A stretch of 40,241 bases of DNA from Candidatus Iainarchaeum sp. (GCA_016932355.1 JAFGDB010000062.1:1-40241); one strand, 5' to 3'. Counted from the stretch's first letter, positions 8,374 through 18,368 are shown. Translations and numbers: made by a program. The notes: generated by a model from the letters alone, not told the origin.

Positions 8374-10152
8374 CTACTGCAATGGCTTCTCAATGTCAAG
8401 CTTCAAGGAGAGCTCTTTGAGCTGCCTTTCGCTCACTTCATTTGGGGCATCGTCCATTAGGGAAACTGCTGCCTTGTTTTTAGGGAAGGCAATCACTTCC
8501 CTGATGCTATCGCAGCCAGCCATTATGGCAATTATCCTGTCCAAGCCTAGGGCTATTCCGCCGTGCGGCGGCGCTCCAAACTTGAATGCGCTAAGCAAGA
8601 AGCCGAATTTTGCCTCTGCCTCCTGCCTGGAAATGCCCAATGCGTTAAACATTTTCTCCTGAATCTCGCCCCTGTGGATTCTGATGCTGCCCCCCCCTAT
8701 TTCCGAACCGTTCAAAACCAGGTCATAGGCCTTGGCCTTTGCCTTCTCTGGCTGTGAATCAAGCAGGGGAATGTCCTCATCTCTGGGTGAGGTGAAAGGA
8801 TGGTGCATTGCCTGAAACCTTTGCTCTTCATCATTCCACTCCAAGAGGGGAAAGTCCAAAACCCAGAGGAAGCTGAACTTCTTCCTGTCAATGAGGCCAA
8901 GCTTCTCGCCCAAAGCAAGCCTTACATACCCCAAGGAATTGCATGCAGTAAGCCATGAATCTGCAACAAGCAGGACAAGGTCACTGTCCTTTGCCTTCAC
9001 TTTGGAAAGCAATGCGTTCACTGTTTTCTCCGGGAGGAATTTGGCAATCTGGCTTTCAATTTCTTTGCCTTTGACCCAGATGCTCATTAAGCCTTTTGCC
9101 TTGTAGAGCTTGGCAACCTCTGTTAATTTGTCAACATCTTTTTTGTTTAGGGTTTTGCATCCCTTGTCAATTTTCAGGGCTTTAATCACGCCCTTGTTTT
9201 CAATTACCTTGTTGAAAATTTCAAAGTCTGTTCCGCTTAATTCCTTTGTTACATCAACCAAGTGCAGTTCAAACCTGTTGTCCGGCTTGTCACTTCCATA
9301 AATGTTCATTGCCTCATCAAATGAAAGCCTTGGGAAAGGCGCTTTTACTTTAATGCCAAGGGCCTGCTTGAAAACAAACTGCATTGCCCTTTCCATTATC
9401 CCAATTATGTCATCCCTGCCAACAAAGGACATTTCAACATCCACTTGCGTAAACTCAAGCTGCCTGTCAGCCCTCAAATCCTCATCCCTAAAACAGCGCA
9501 CAATCTGGACATAGCGGTCAAAGCCTGAAACCATGAGAATTTGTTTAAACAGCTGGGGGCTTTGCGGTAAAGCATAGAACTTTCCAGGGTGGACCCTGCT
9601 TGGAACTAAGAAATCGCGGGCTCCCTCTGGGGTGCTTTTTGCAAGGAACGGGGTTTCAATCTCCAGAAAATGTTCTTTGTCAAAGAAGTCGCGGAATGCC
9701 TTTACAACCTTGTGGCGAAGAATCAGGTTTTGCTGCAGTTCTGCCCTTCTTAAATCAAGAAACCGGTATTTGAGCCTTTGGTCCTCTCCAGCAAGCAAGT
9801 GCTCGTCAATTTCTATAGGCAGGGGCGTTTCCGCTGGATTCAGGATTTCAAGACTGGTTGCATTTAATTCAATCTTGCCTGTCTTGATTGCCTTGTTCTC
9901 TGTGCCCTTTGGCCTTTTTCCAACCTTGCCCTCAACCTGCACAACGAATTCCTTGCCCAGCTTTGATGCCTCCTTGTGGGCTTCTTTGGAATCCTTTGGG
10001 TTGAATACAACCTGTGTTACGCCATACCTGTCGCGCAGGTCAATGAAAATCAGGTTGCCGTGGTCACGCCTTTTTGAAACCCAGCCCTGCAGGACTGCCT
10101 TTTTCCCCCTGCTTTTTTCAGTCAGTTCACCGCAGGTGTGTGTTCTCTTCAT
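8374..10152 (-). CDS. aspS: Aspartate--tRNA(Asp/Asn) ligase, bacterial type with GAD insertion
   Basis: MKRTHTCGEL, RRDHGNLIFIDLRD, STPEGARDFLVPSR, LPQSPQLFKQ, FRDEDLRADRQ, HHPFT, GAPPHGGIALGLDR; 592 aa. Confidence 0.96.
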   Translation of the reverse strand: MKRTHTCGELTEKSRGKKAVLQGWVSKRRDHGNLIFIDLRDRYGVTQVVFNPKDSKEAHKEASKLGKEFVVQVEGKVGKRPKGTENKAIKTGKIELNATSLEILNPAETPLPIEIDEHLLAGEDQRLKYRFLDLRRAELQQNLILRHKVVKAFRDFFDKEHFLEIETPFLAKSTPEGARDFLVPSRVHPGKFYALPQSPQLFKQILMVSGFDRYVQIVRCFRDEDLRADRQLEFTQVDVEMSFVGRDDIIGIMERAMQFVFKQALGIKVKAPFPRLSFDEAMNIYGSDKPDNRFELHLVDVTKELSGTDFEIFNKVIENKGVIKALKIDKGCKTLNKKDVDKLTEVAKLYKAKGLMSIWVKGKEIESQIAKFLPEKTVNALLSKVKAKDSDLVLLVADSWLTACNSLGYVRLALGEKLGLIDRKKFSFLWVLDFPLLEWNDEEQRFQAMHHPFTSPRDEDIPLLDSQPEKAKAKAYDLVLNGSEIGGGSIRIHRGEIQEKMFNALGISRQEAEAKFGFLLSAFKFGAPPHGGIALGLDRIIAIMAGCDSIREVIAFPKNKAAVSLMDDAPNEVSERQLKELSLKLDIEKPLQ

Positions 10153-10196
10153 AAAAGCACCAGGATAAAAAAAATTGCCTGAAAACGGTTAAAAAG

Positions 10197-10895
10197 CTAA
10201 GTGTTGGGGAAAGGGCAGCTGGCTTTCAGAAAACAGTGTGCGCAATTCGGCTTTTTCCTGCAAAACCTTTTTCCATGCTCAACCAGGAGCGCGTGGAATT
10301 CATTAAATAGCTGCGTGTTTTGGGGCAATTGAGATTCAAAAAAAGACTTGGCTTCTACATAACTTAGTTTGCCCTTTCCAAAAAACCGCCCAAGAAAGCG
10401 CGTTGTGTACACATCCACAACAAAGCTCGGCTTCTCTGCTGCATAGAGGATGATGTCGTCTGCTGTTTCATTTCCAATCCCGTGCAGTGAAAGCAGCTCT
10501 GCGCGAAGCTCTGGAATTGGCTTTTTGAATAATTTTTTTACCGAACAGGAATAATTCTTTTTCAGGTATTGGGAAAAGAAAACCAGCTTTTTTGCCTTCT
10601 GGTTGAAGTAGCCGGATGGCTTTACCAGTTGGGCAATTTCTTCTTGGGGGGAACCTGCAATTTTGGGGCAGGAGAGCATTCCAGCCCTGCTCAGGTTTCC
10701 AAGGGCCTTCATTACATTTTTCCAGTCAGTGTTCTGCGTGAGGATTGCACCAATGCAGATTTCAAAGCGCTGGCTTTCAGAGAGGCGTTTGCGCTCCCTG
10801 TAAGTTGGTGCAAATTCCCCTTTCTCTGTTACAGGCCACCATAACTGTGGCCCAAATTCCAAGAGTAGTTTTTTGTATATTTGAATTGGCTTCAT
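10197..10895 (-). CDS. HhH-GPD endonuclease III-related DNA glycosylase with Fe-S cluster loop
   Basis: GAILTQNT, HGIGNETADDI, FVVDVYT, EFHALLVEHGK, CRKKPNCAHCFLKASC. Confidence 0.9.
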   Translation of the reverse strand: MKPIQIYKKLLLEFGPQLWWPVTEKGEFAPTYRERKRLSESQRFEICIGAILTQNTDWKNVMKALGNLSRAGMLSCPKIAGSPQEEIAQLVKPSGYFNQKAKKLVFFSQYLKKNYSCSVKKLFKKPIPELRAELLSLHGIGNETADDIILYAAEKPSFVVDVYTTRFLGRFFGKGKLSYVEAKSFFESQLPQNTQLFNEFHALLVEHGKRFCRKKPNCAHCFLKASCPFPNT

Positions 10896-10923
10896 CCAAA
10901 GAGAATTGGGTTGGAAATTGTTT

Positions 10924-11904
10924 TTAAGCAAACTCTGTCAGGGTTTTCTGCTCGTGCATTCCAAGCGGCTTTGCAACAATGCCAAGCCTCCTCTGGATGT
11001 AGGATGCAAGCTCCCTTTCGCTGCCGTGCATTGTAAGAACAAGCTTTGGCTCCGCCTGCTTCACATACTGCATTAGCTGGTTGAAGTCAGCATGGTCACT
11101 CAATGGGAAAAGCCTGTCATATCCCCTGCGGAAAGCCCAGCCTGTTGCAAGCGCAGAGCTCACCTTCTTCTTCAGGCTCAGCTCAAGGAATTGGAGGAGA
11201 TGGTTGTTTAACAAGCTTGGCGGCATTATAAGAACTGAACTCTCACCCAGGTTGTGGTTGAGCTCAATGTACTTTCCAAGGCTTACGCCATGCTGCCTGT
11301 AAACCTCGTTGTTCTTGAAAATGCTTTCGTGCACCAATGGCGAAATGCCCGCATACTTGTTTGAAATTGCTGTGAGCTCCTGGGCCTTTCCCAAAGAATA
11401 GCCTGCCAAAACAACAAAGCCCTTTTCAGCCTGGCTTTTAATCCAGCTGCCGATTTCACTGTAAAGCTGCTCCCTTTCAGGGAAGCTGAAGCAGGGCAGC
11501 CCAAAAGTGCTTTCAATCACAAGGATGTCGCAGGGAAGGGCATCTGCGCCCTTCTGGATGAGGGAATCCTGCATTTTGAAGTCAGATGTGACAGCAACCC
11601 TCTGGTTGCCCTCAACCAGGACCTGGGCTGACCCCAGAATGTGCCCTGAATTGTGAAGGCTTACTGTTGCATTCCCCAGTGAAAGCTTTTCCCTGAAGCG
11701 CAGTTCAGTGCAGTCATTTATTTTCCCAAACCTGCTTTCAACAATTGCCCTTGTCTTTGGTGTGCAGATATAGCTGCTGCCCCCGTTCAGGGAAACATGG
11801 TCTGCATGGCCGTGCGTTAATATGTTTGGCCTTTCCAGGGAAGCCCTGCCTGGGTCAACTGCAATATTTCCAATGAACAGACCCTTGTCTGAGTAGATTT
11901 GCAT
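10924..11904 (-). CDS. MBL-fold beta-CASP-type exonuclease (COG1236-like)
   Basis: THGHADH, SGHILGSAQ, TSDF, IESTFG, YSLGKAQEL, LSDHADF, TMHG. Confidence 0.88.
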   Translation of the reverse strand: MQIYSDKGLFIGNIAVDPGRASLERPNILTHGHADHVSLNGGSSYICTPKTRAIVESRFGKINDCTELRFREKLSLGNATVSLHNSGHILGSAQVLVEGNQRVAVTSDFKMQDSLIQKGADALPCDILVIESTFGLPCFSFPEREQLYSEIGSWIKSQAEKGFVVLAGYSLGKAQELTAISNKYAGISPLVHESIFKNNEVYRQHGVSLGKYIELNHNLGESSVLIMPPSLLNNHLLQFLELSLKKKVSSALATGWAFRRGYDRLFPLSDHADFNQLMQYVKQAEPKLVLTMHGSERELASYIQRRLGIVAKPLGMHEQKTLTEFA

Positions 11905-11991
11905 GCTCTAATAATAGGGCGTTTGGAAATAAAAACCTTGGCTGCAAAAAGAAAGAATTAAAACCAGGTTTGACATAATTATACTGTTTTT

Positions 11992-13107
11992 ATGGCCGGC
12001 AGGGAAACAGTCATTGTTGAGATTGGGGAAAGGATTAAAGAGGCGCAGCAGAACATTTCAGACAGGCCTTGGAAAGCTGCGAGCAGGCCTGCCTTTTTGG
12101 CTGCCCTGGAGAAAAGTGTTTCTGATCTGGCTGAACTGCACAGCCTCTTCAGCAGGATTGTTGGGGAAATGGACAAAAACCCTGAACCAGGAAAGCCAGA
12201 GGTAAAGCCCTTTTTGGAAGAGCTTGAAAAGCTCCTCAAGCTATTGAAAAGGAACCTGGAAATGGAGAAAGGGAAGAGAAGCACTGCAAAAACAGCGAAC
12301 GAGCTTGACAAGGAGGAAACACCTGAGCTTTACGCAGACTTGCAGCACAAGATACTTGCTTCACTGCTCAAGGCAAGGTACGCGCTTGAAAAGACAACGA
12401 TTTTCCTCAGGAGGCAAGGCTTTGAGCCAATAACTGACAAGAGCACTGCAAAGCAGGTGATGGAGGTGCTCAGCAGGAAGGAGGAGGAGCTCCAGGAGCT
12501 CAGGGAGAAATATGAGAACATCAGGAAAAGGAGCTACCTTGGCTATTTTGAGGAGGGCACTGTTGCAGATTTGGAGCAGGAGCTCGGCGACCTTGCCAAA
12601 AGAATGGCCCTGTCAGCAAATGAGCTTGGCAAAAGCATTTCATTCCACAGGAGCCAGATTGAGTACATTGAAAACAGCTATGCTGAATTGAAGCAGAAGC
12701 TTGACAGCCTTGAGGAGCTTTTTTCGCAGTACAGCGAAAAGTCAGAGGAGCTGATTAAATCCCTCAAAAAGGAGAGGGATTACGCAAAAAAGATTGTCCT
12801 TGATGTGGAGCATGAAACCCTGCAGCTCAGGAACACTTACACAAGGGAAATGCTCAATTTGCAGGAAACAAAGCTTGCTGTAAAGAGGGAAGCCGAAAGG
12901 AAGTTCTCAGAGGAAATAAAAAAACTCGCAAGGCAGCTTTCAGAGCAGCAGGACCTTGCAAGGCATTTCAGGAAGGTTGCAGAGGACAAGCTGAAAAAGG
13001 AGCACGAGCTTGAGGAAAAGGTAAAGCAGCTAACCCTGCTGTGCAAAACCAAGGAAAAGCACGAGGCAGTGAAAAGGCACTACAAAAAGGGGAAAAAGAA
13101 GAAGTGA
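11992..13107 (+). CDS. Coiled-coil hypothetical protein
   Basis: 371-aa E/K/L-rich heptad-like ORF with host-like codons and a Lys-rich tail. Confidence 0.8.
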   Translation: MAGRETVIVEIGERIKEAQQNISDRPWKAASRPAFLAALEKSVSDLAELHSLFSRIVGEMDKNPEPGKPEVKPFLEELEKLLKLLKRNLEMEKGKRSTAKTANELDKEETPELYADLQHKILASLLKARYALEKTTIFLRRQGFEPITDKSTAKQVMEVLSRKEEELQELREKYENIRKRSYLGYFEEGTVADLEQELGDLAKRMALSANELGKSISFHRSQIEYIENSYAELKQKLDSLEELFSQYSEKSEELIKSLKKERDYAKKIVLDVEHETLQLRNTYTREMLNLQETKLAVKREAERKFSEEIKKLARQLSEQQDLARHFRKVAEDKLKKEHELEEKVKQLTLLCKTKEKHEAVKRHYKKGKKKK

Positions 13108-13108
13108 A

Positions 13109-14386
13109 TCAGGATTCCCTCTCGCTCTTAATCAGTTCATCCAAGCTCTGCCTTTCCCTTATCAGGTAGCTTCTTCCGTCAAGCAAAAGCACGCATGCAG
13201 GCAGCAGCCTTGAGTTGTAGTTTGAGGCCATTGCAAAGCCATAGGCGCCTGCATTCAGGATTGCAAGAATGCCGCCTTCATTTGGAGTTGGCAGCTCCCT
13301 CAGGGCTTCCCTGCTCTCGTTGAATACATCACTGCTCTCGCATAAATTGCCTGCAACCATGTACTGCTTCTTCTGCCTTCCGTTCACATTGCTGCAGACA
13401 ACAATTTCATGGTAGCTTCCGTAAAAGGCAGGCCTTACCAAGTCATTGAAGCCTGCGTTCACGCCAATAACCGGAATGTTCTTTTCCTCAACTGTGTTTA
13501 TTTCACAAAGGAAAATGCCAGCATCCCCAACAATGAAGCGGCCTGGCTCAATTGCAATCTCTGCCTTCAGGCCTGAGGAATTCATCTTTTCAACAATGCC
13601 CTTTGCGTATTTTTTAAGGGGAAAACCAGCCTGCTCCATCCTGTACCTTATTCCTGGCCCGCCGCCGAAATCAACAAACTTCAATTTCTTGCCTGTGAGC
13701 TCTTCAGCCTTCACTGCTATTGCAATCGTCTTTCCAACTGTTTCAAGGAATGCGTCAACATCCTTGCCAAGCCAGCCGCTGCCAATATGCTGGTGCAACC
13801 CAACAAGGTTAAAGCCAAAGGCTTTTGCCTGCAGAAAGGCTGATTCAATTTTATGCTCTGGAATTCCAAACTTGATGAACTTTCCTGCAGTGATTGTGTG
13901 TGAATGCAGGCCTGCGCCAATGCCTGGATTCCACCTTATGCTTATGTCTCCCTTAAAGCCAAGGTCGCGCAGCCTCTGCATCTGGGAGAAGCTGTCAATG
14001 TTTATTGTAATGCCAAGCTTGGCCAGGGCTTTCAATTCAGGAGTGCTTACGCTCGTGCCTGTGAAAAGGATTTTTTCCCTTGGAAAGCCTGCCTTGAGCG
14101 CAATCTGCACCTCTGCTGGCGAGACAGCATCAATGAAAGCGCCTTCCCTCTCCAAAAGCTTGAGTATTGCAATGTGCGAATTTGCCTTCATTGCAAAGTG
14201 AATCCTTGGCCTTGCCTTGAACTCGGAAAATGCTTCCTTTACTGCCCTGAAGTTTTCAATAACCCTGTTTCCATTGTAAACGTAGAGTGGAGTGCCGTAC
14301 TGCTTTGCAAATGCTTCAGCGCTAAAGCCTGCAATGTAAAGCTGGTTTTGCCTCACTTCCAAATGCCCGTCTTGCTCCCACCACAT
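13109..14386 (-). CDS. lysA: Diaminopimelate decarboxylase
   Basis: YGTPLYVY, FAMKAN (PLP lysine), KFGI, HQHIGS, DFGGG, EPGR, GNLCES, AGAYG, SNYN. Confidence 0.95.
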   Translation of the reverse strand: MWWEQDGHLEVRQNQLYIAGFSAEAFAKQYGTPLYVYNGNRVIENFRAVKEAFSEFKARPRIHFAMKANSHIAILKLLEREGAFIDAVSPAEVQIALKAGFPREKILFTGTSVSTPELKALAKLGITINIDSFSQMQRLRDLGFKGDISIRWNPGIGAGLHSHTITAGKFIKFGIPEHKIESAFLQAKAFGFNLVGLHQHIGSGWLGKDVDAFLETVGKTIAIAVKAEELTGKKLKFVDFGGGPGIRYRMEQAGFPLKKYAKGIVEKMNSSGLKAEIAIEPGRFIVGDAGIFLCEINTVEEKNIPVIGVNAGFNDLVRPAFYGSYHEIVVCSNVNGRQKKQYMVAGNLCESSDVFNESREALRELPTPNEGGILAILNAGAYGFAMASNYNSRLLPACVLLLDGRSYLIRERQSLDELIKSERES

Positions 14387-14426
14387 AAAAATCACTGCCC
14401 GCAGAGCTGATTCATGTTAAAACCAA

Positions 14427-15248
14427 TTACCAGTCCAAGCTCCCTGTAAAAACCTTCTTGGCAGGGCCTTTTAAAAAGAGCCCCTTCCCAGCCTTTATCT
14501 CAACTGTTCCGCCAAGCATTTCAACCTTCACCCAGCCACTGCCTGAAAGCAGGCCTGTTTCAATCCCTGCAATCACAGAGGCAATTGCCCCAGAGCCGCA
14601 GGCCATTGTCTCGCAGGCCCCCCTTTCATGCACACGCATCTTAATGCTTTTTGGCGAAATTACATTGACAAACTCGGTGTTTGTCCTCTCAGGCTGAAAT
14701 GCCCTGTTCCACTCAAACTTGTGGCCGATTTCCTCAACGGGAAAGTCCTTGACAGGCTCCTTGAGGAAAACAACAGCGTGCGGGTTGCCCAAATCAACGC
14801 TGTAGTACTCAAAGCTTTTCTTTCCAAGGTTCAGGTAGAATTTCCCCCTGAACTGCCTTCCCCCAAGCAATTCCAGTTCAACATCTGCAGAATAGCCCTT
14901 TTGCCTGACAATTTTTGCATTGACAAGGCCAGCGCCTGTTTCAACCTTGAATTCCTTTTTCTTGCCCCCGTTCAAGAGGAAAGCTTCAAAGGCAGCGCAC
15001 CTCAGGCCGTTAACGCAGGTTTCAGCTTCAGAGCCGTCAGAGTTGAAGATGCGCATCCTGAAATCGTTTTGGCTTTTGTCAGGCCTGCAAAGGAAAAGCA
15101 AGCCGTCTGCTCCCACGGAAAAATTCCTCTTGCAGTTCTTTGAGGCAAAGTACTGCCTGTCCTTCTCCTCAATAACCTGCTTCTGGAGCTCATCCACCAC
15201 AATGAAATCGTTTCCCAGGCCATGTAGCTTGCTGAAAGGCACAATCAT
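14427..15248 (-). CDS. dapF: Diaminopimelate epimerase
   Basis: FSKLHGLGNDF, GADG, FNSDGSEAETCVNGLRC, GNPH, HERGACETMACGSG. ATG 15248 follows a CAGGTGG RBS. Confidence 0.95.
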   Translation of the reverse strand: MIVPFSKLHGLGNDFIVVDELQKQVIEEKDRQYFASKNCKRNFSVGADGLLFLCRPDKSQNDFRMRIFNSDGSEAETCVNGLRCAAFEAFLLNGGKKKEFKVETGAGLVNAKIVRQKGYSADVELELLGGRQFRGKFYLNLGKKSFEYYSVDLGNPHAVVFLKEPVKDFPVEEIGHKFEWNRAFQPERTNTEFVNVISPKSIKMRVHERGACETMACGSGAIASVIAGIETGLLSGSGWVKVEMLGGTVEIKAGKGLFLKGPAKKVFTGSLDW

Positions 15249-15272
15249 AAAACCACCTGCACTGCAAAATTG

Positions 15273-15367
15273 GCAATCATCACAACAGCCCCTTATCTTG
15301 CACAGCAATCATTCCAAAACACTTTGAATCTTGACCAGGTTGGACAGCAATCATTCCAGCAGCCTCT
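15273..15367. repeat. Three copies of the dapL stop-codon region
   Basis: ACAGCAATCATTCCA exact at 15302-15316 and 15344-15358. Third copy at 15273-15293 matches 15347-15367 at 17/21. Confidence 0.7.
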
Positions 15368-16544
15368 CTGCAGCCTCTTTGGTTTTTTCAACGCTCTGCA
15401 CCATTGCAAACCTAACAAATTTGTCACCCGGGTTTTTTCCCTCAAATGTGTGGGAAATCAGTCTGCCTGGAACAGTGTTTATGCCCTTTTGGAGAAGCAA
15501 TTGCTTGCTGAACTCCAGCGGGGTATTTCCATCTGGAACCTGCGCCCAGAGGTAGAAGGTGCCAGCAGGCTTTTCAACAGCGCAGCCCGCATGCCCCAGG
15601 GCAGGGAGCAAAGCGTCAATCCTTGCGCTGTACTCTGCCCTCATTTGCTCAGGGTGCCTTTCATCATTCCATGCAGCAACGGCTGCATCCTGTATAAATG
15701 TTGCAACCCCCTGCACGCTTTTCCTTGAAACAGAATCAAAGGGCTTTAAAAGCTCGGGGTTCTTGCTTGCTGCAAAGCCAACAGCATAGCCTGTCATCAT
15801 GCTCCTCTTTGAAAGGCTGTTAAGCACAATGCTGCACTGGCCTGCGTTTGGAATTTCAAGAATGCTCAATGGCCTTTCACCAAAGAAAAGCTCGTTGTAG
15901 CACTCATCTGAAACAAGGATTATGCCGTTGTCGTTGCAGAAGTCAACGGCTTCCTTGAGCTTCTCCCTGGCATACATCTGCCCTGTGGGGCTGTGCGGAT
16001 TATTCAGGAACAGGATTTTGACCTTTTCGGCTGTTTCCCTGCCAATTAAGTCAAACCTCGGCAGGAAGTTGTTCTCAGGCAGCAGGTTCATGTAGTGCGG
16101 CACTGCGCCTGCAAGAATTGTTCCGTCGGTGTAAGGCGGATACCCTGGATTTGGGATAAGGGCAATTTCGCCCTTGCCGGGGTTTAGGTAATAGAGCGGA
16201 ACATGGAAGCAGGCATACTTTGCGCCATAGGTTGCAACCACACCATCCCTTTCCAAAGAAACATTTGACCTGGTTTTCATCCAACTGCACACAGCTTCCT
16301 TAAAGCCGTCAGAGCCTGTTGATTCAGGATAGCCGCTTGTTTTCCTTCCATCAACGGCCTTTTTGCACTGCTCCCTGACCAAGGCAGGGGTTTCATCGCT
16401 TGGGTCGCCAATGCCAAAGTCAATTATGAATTCCCTGCCGTGCTTTGCAATTGCCTTCTCCTTTGCTGCGTCAACTGCGTCAAAGGGGTAGGGCTTGCCC
16501 AGTATTCTGGCAAGGCCGCTGTTTATCGGGACTTTGAAAGCCAT
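15351..16544 (-). CDS. dapL: PLP-dependent class I/II aminotransferase, probably LL-diaminopimelate aminotransferase
   Basis: YPF, IDFGIGDP, PNPGYPPY, NNPHSPTG, SDECY, SLSKRSMMTG, GTFYLW. Sits in a dap cluster lacking dapD and dapE. Confidence 0.7.
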   Translation of the reverse strand: MAFKVPINSGLARILGKPYPFDAVDAAKEKAIAKHGREFIIDFGIGDPSDETPALVREQCKKAVDGRKTSGYPESTGSDGFKEAVCSWMKTRSNVSLERDGVVATYGAKYACFHVPLYYLNPGKGEIALIPNPGYPPYTDGTILAGAVPHYMNLLPENNFLPRFDLIGRETAEKVKILFLNNPHSPTGQMYAREKLKEAVDFCNDNGIILVSDECYNELFFGERPLSILEIPNAGQCSIVLNSLSKRSMMTGYAVGFAASKNPELLKPFDSVSRKSVQGVATFIQDAAVAAWNDERHPEQMRAEYSARIDALLPALGHAGCAVEKPAGTFYLWAQVPDGNTPLEFSKQLLLQKGINTVPGRLISHTFEGKNPGDKFVRFAMVQSVEKTKEAAERLLE

Positions 16545-16681
16545 TTTAACCACTTGCAATGAAAAAACCCTGTGAGGGAAAATTTAAATAACAAACAGGG
16601 CCTAAACGAATTTCGGTCAAATCGGTTATTTATATATAACTTTTCGTATGGGTTATTTCTATGGCTTTTTAGTGGTTGAAA

Positions 16682-17428
16682 ATGAGAATTGCATTAATTG
16701 GATATGGGAACATGGGGAAGGAAATTGCAGCCCTTGCAGGAGAGCAGGGCATTGAGATAGCTGCAATTATTGACGCAGAGGCAGCCGGTGCAACAGGCAG
16801 GGAAATTTCAAAGGAGGCCCTGGCAAATGCAGATGTCTGCATTGAGTTCAGCAACCCTGGTTCAGCAGTTGAAAACATTAAGGGCATGGCTGCTTTGCAC
16901 AAAAATATCGTGGTTGGAACCACCGGCTGGTACAGCAAGCTTGATGAAGTGAAAAAGGCTGTTGAAAGAGAGGGCATTGGCCTGGTTTATGCAAGCAACT
17001 TTTCTCTCGGGGTCAATGCTTTTTTCAGGATTGTTGAAAGGGCAGCAGAGGTAATGGACAAGCTGCCTGAATACGATGTTTCCGGCCTTGAAATTCACCA
17101 CAAGGGCAAGAAAGACAGCCCGAGCGGGACAGCCAGGGCAATTGAAAAAATTCTCCTGGAGAGGATTGCAAGGAAAAAAAGGGCGGTTGAGGGAAAGCTT
17201 GACAGGAAAATTGAAGGGGATGAGCTGCACTTTGCATCACTTAGAACAGGCAACGTGCCCGGAACCCACTCCGTGCTTTTTGACAGCATCGCTGACTCCA
17301 TTGAACTGACGCACACTGCAAGGAACAGGCAGGGCTTTGCATTGGGAGCGCTGCAGGCAGCAAAATGGGTAAAGGGCAAAAAAGGCTTTTATTCAATAGA
17401 TGACATGATGAAGGAGCTCTTTGAATGA
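16682..17428 (+). CDS. dapB: 4-hydroxy-tetrahydrodipicolinate reductase
   Basis: GYGNMG, VVGTTGW, SNFSLGVN, EIHHKGKKDSPSGTA, HTARNRQGFALGA. Confidence 0.96.
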   Translation: MRIALIGYGNMGKEIAALAGEQGIEIAAIIDAEAAGATGREISKEALANADVCIEFSNPGSAVENIKGMAALHKNIVVGTTGWYSKLDEVKKAVEREGIGLVYASNFSLGVNAFFRIVERAAEVMDKLPEYDVSGLEIHHKGKKDSPSGTARAIEKILLERIARKKRAVEGKLDRKIEGDELHFASLRTGNVPGTHSVLFDSIADSIELTHTARNRQGFALGALQAAKWVKGKKGFYSIDDMMKELFE

Positions 17429-17462
17429 GAAAATCAAGCAGGGGTTTGAGGGGGAATTCTAA

Positions 17463-18368
17463 ATGAGCAAAAAGATTTCTGGGTGCTTCCCTGCACTGGT
17501 AACGCCCATGAAGCAGGACGGAAACAGGCTGAACCACGCAATTGACTTTGAAGGGCTGAAGCAGCTCATTGATTACGTGGCAAATGGTAGAGTAACAGGA
17601 ATTGTCGCAGGCGGGTGCACAGGGCACGCAGCCTCATTGACGCATGATGAGCAGGTAAGGCTTGTTGAAAAGGCAATGGAGGCAGCAGGAAGCACTGAGG
17701 TCATTGCAGGCGATGGAAGCAACTGCACAAGGGAAGCCATTGACCTTGCAAGGGAAATGCAGGATTTGGGAATCAAGAGGCATTTGCAGATTTCACCCTA
17801 CCAGAACAAGCCAACACAGGAGGGGCTTTACCAGCACTATGCTGCAATTGCAAAGGCAATTGACACTGAAATAATTGTCTACAATGTTCCGGGAAGGACA
17901 GGCCGGAATGTTGAGCCTGAAACAGTTTTAAGGCTTGCAACGGAATTCAGCAATGTGGTTGCAGTAAAGGAGGCATCAGGAAACCTGGAGCAGATAAAAA
18001 AAGTGATTGAGGTGGCCAGGGATTTGGAGTTTGATGTAATAAGCGGCGATGATAGCTTAACGCTTGAAATAATAAAGGCAGGCGGAACAGGCTGCATTTC
18101 AGTTGCAGCAAATGTTGCCCCAAAGCAGACAACTGAAATGATTTCACTTGCCCTGCAGGGAAAGATTGAACAGGCAAAAAGGATTGATGAAAGCCTGGGG
18201 GAACTGTACAGGGTTTTGTTCATTGAAACAAACCCAGGGCCTGCACACTATGCCCTGAGAAAGCTTGGAATAAAGGCAGGCATTCCTCGCTTGCCTTTGG
18301 TGGATGTAACCCGGGAATCAGCCAAGCAGATTGATTCAGCCCTAAAAGGCCTTGGCCTGGTTAAATAA
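17463..18368 (+). CDS. dapA: 4-hydroxy-tetrahydrodipicolinate synthase
   Basis: ALVTP, GCTG, PYQNKPTQEGLYQHY, YNVPGRT, VKEASG, SGDD, FIETNPGP. Confidence 0.95.
   Translation: MSKKISGCFPALVTPMKQDGNRLNHAIDFEGLKQLIDYVANGRVTGIVAGGCTGHAASLTHDEQVRLVEKAMEAAGSTEVIAGDGSNCTREAIDLAREMQDLGIKRHLQISPYQNKPTQEGLYQHYAAIAKAIDTEIIVYNVPGRTGRNVEPETVLRLATEFSNVVAVKEASGNLEQIKKVIEVARDLEFDVISGDDSLTLEIIKAGGTGCISVAANVAPKQTTEMISLALQGKIEQAKRIDESLGELYRVLFIETNPGPAHYALRKLGIKAGIPRLPLVDVTRESAKQIDSALKGLGLVK

Noticed and set aside
13446..14201. Long antisense ORFs (251 aa here; also 9632-10168, 21976-22524, 31340-31882)
   Set aside because: Shadows of well-supported genes on the opposite strand, with no recognisable motifs.
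15249..15308. Cys-rich N-terminal extension on DapF (MLCKIRGCCDDCQFC)
   Set aside because: It is a translation of the duplicated-terminus spacer. The real start is ATG 15248, which has its own RBS.
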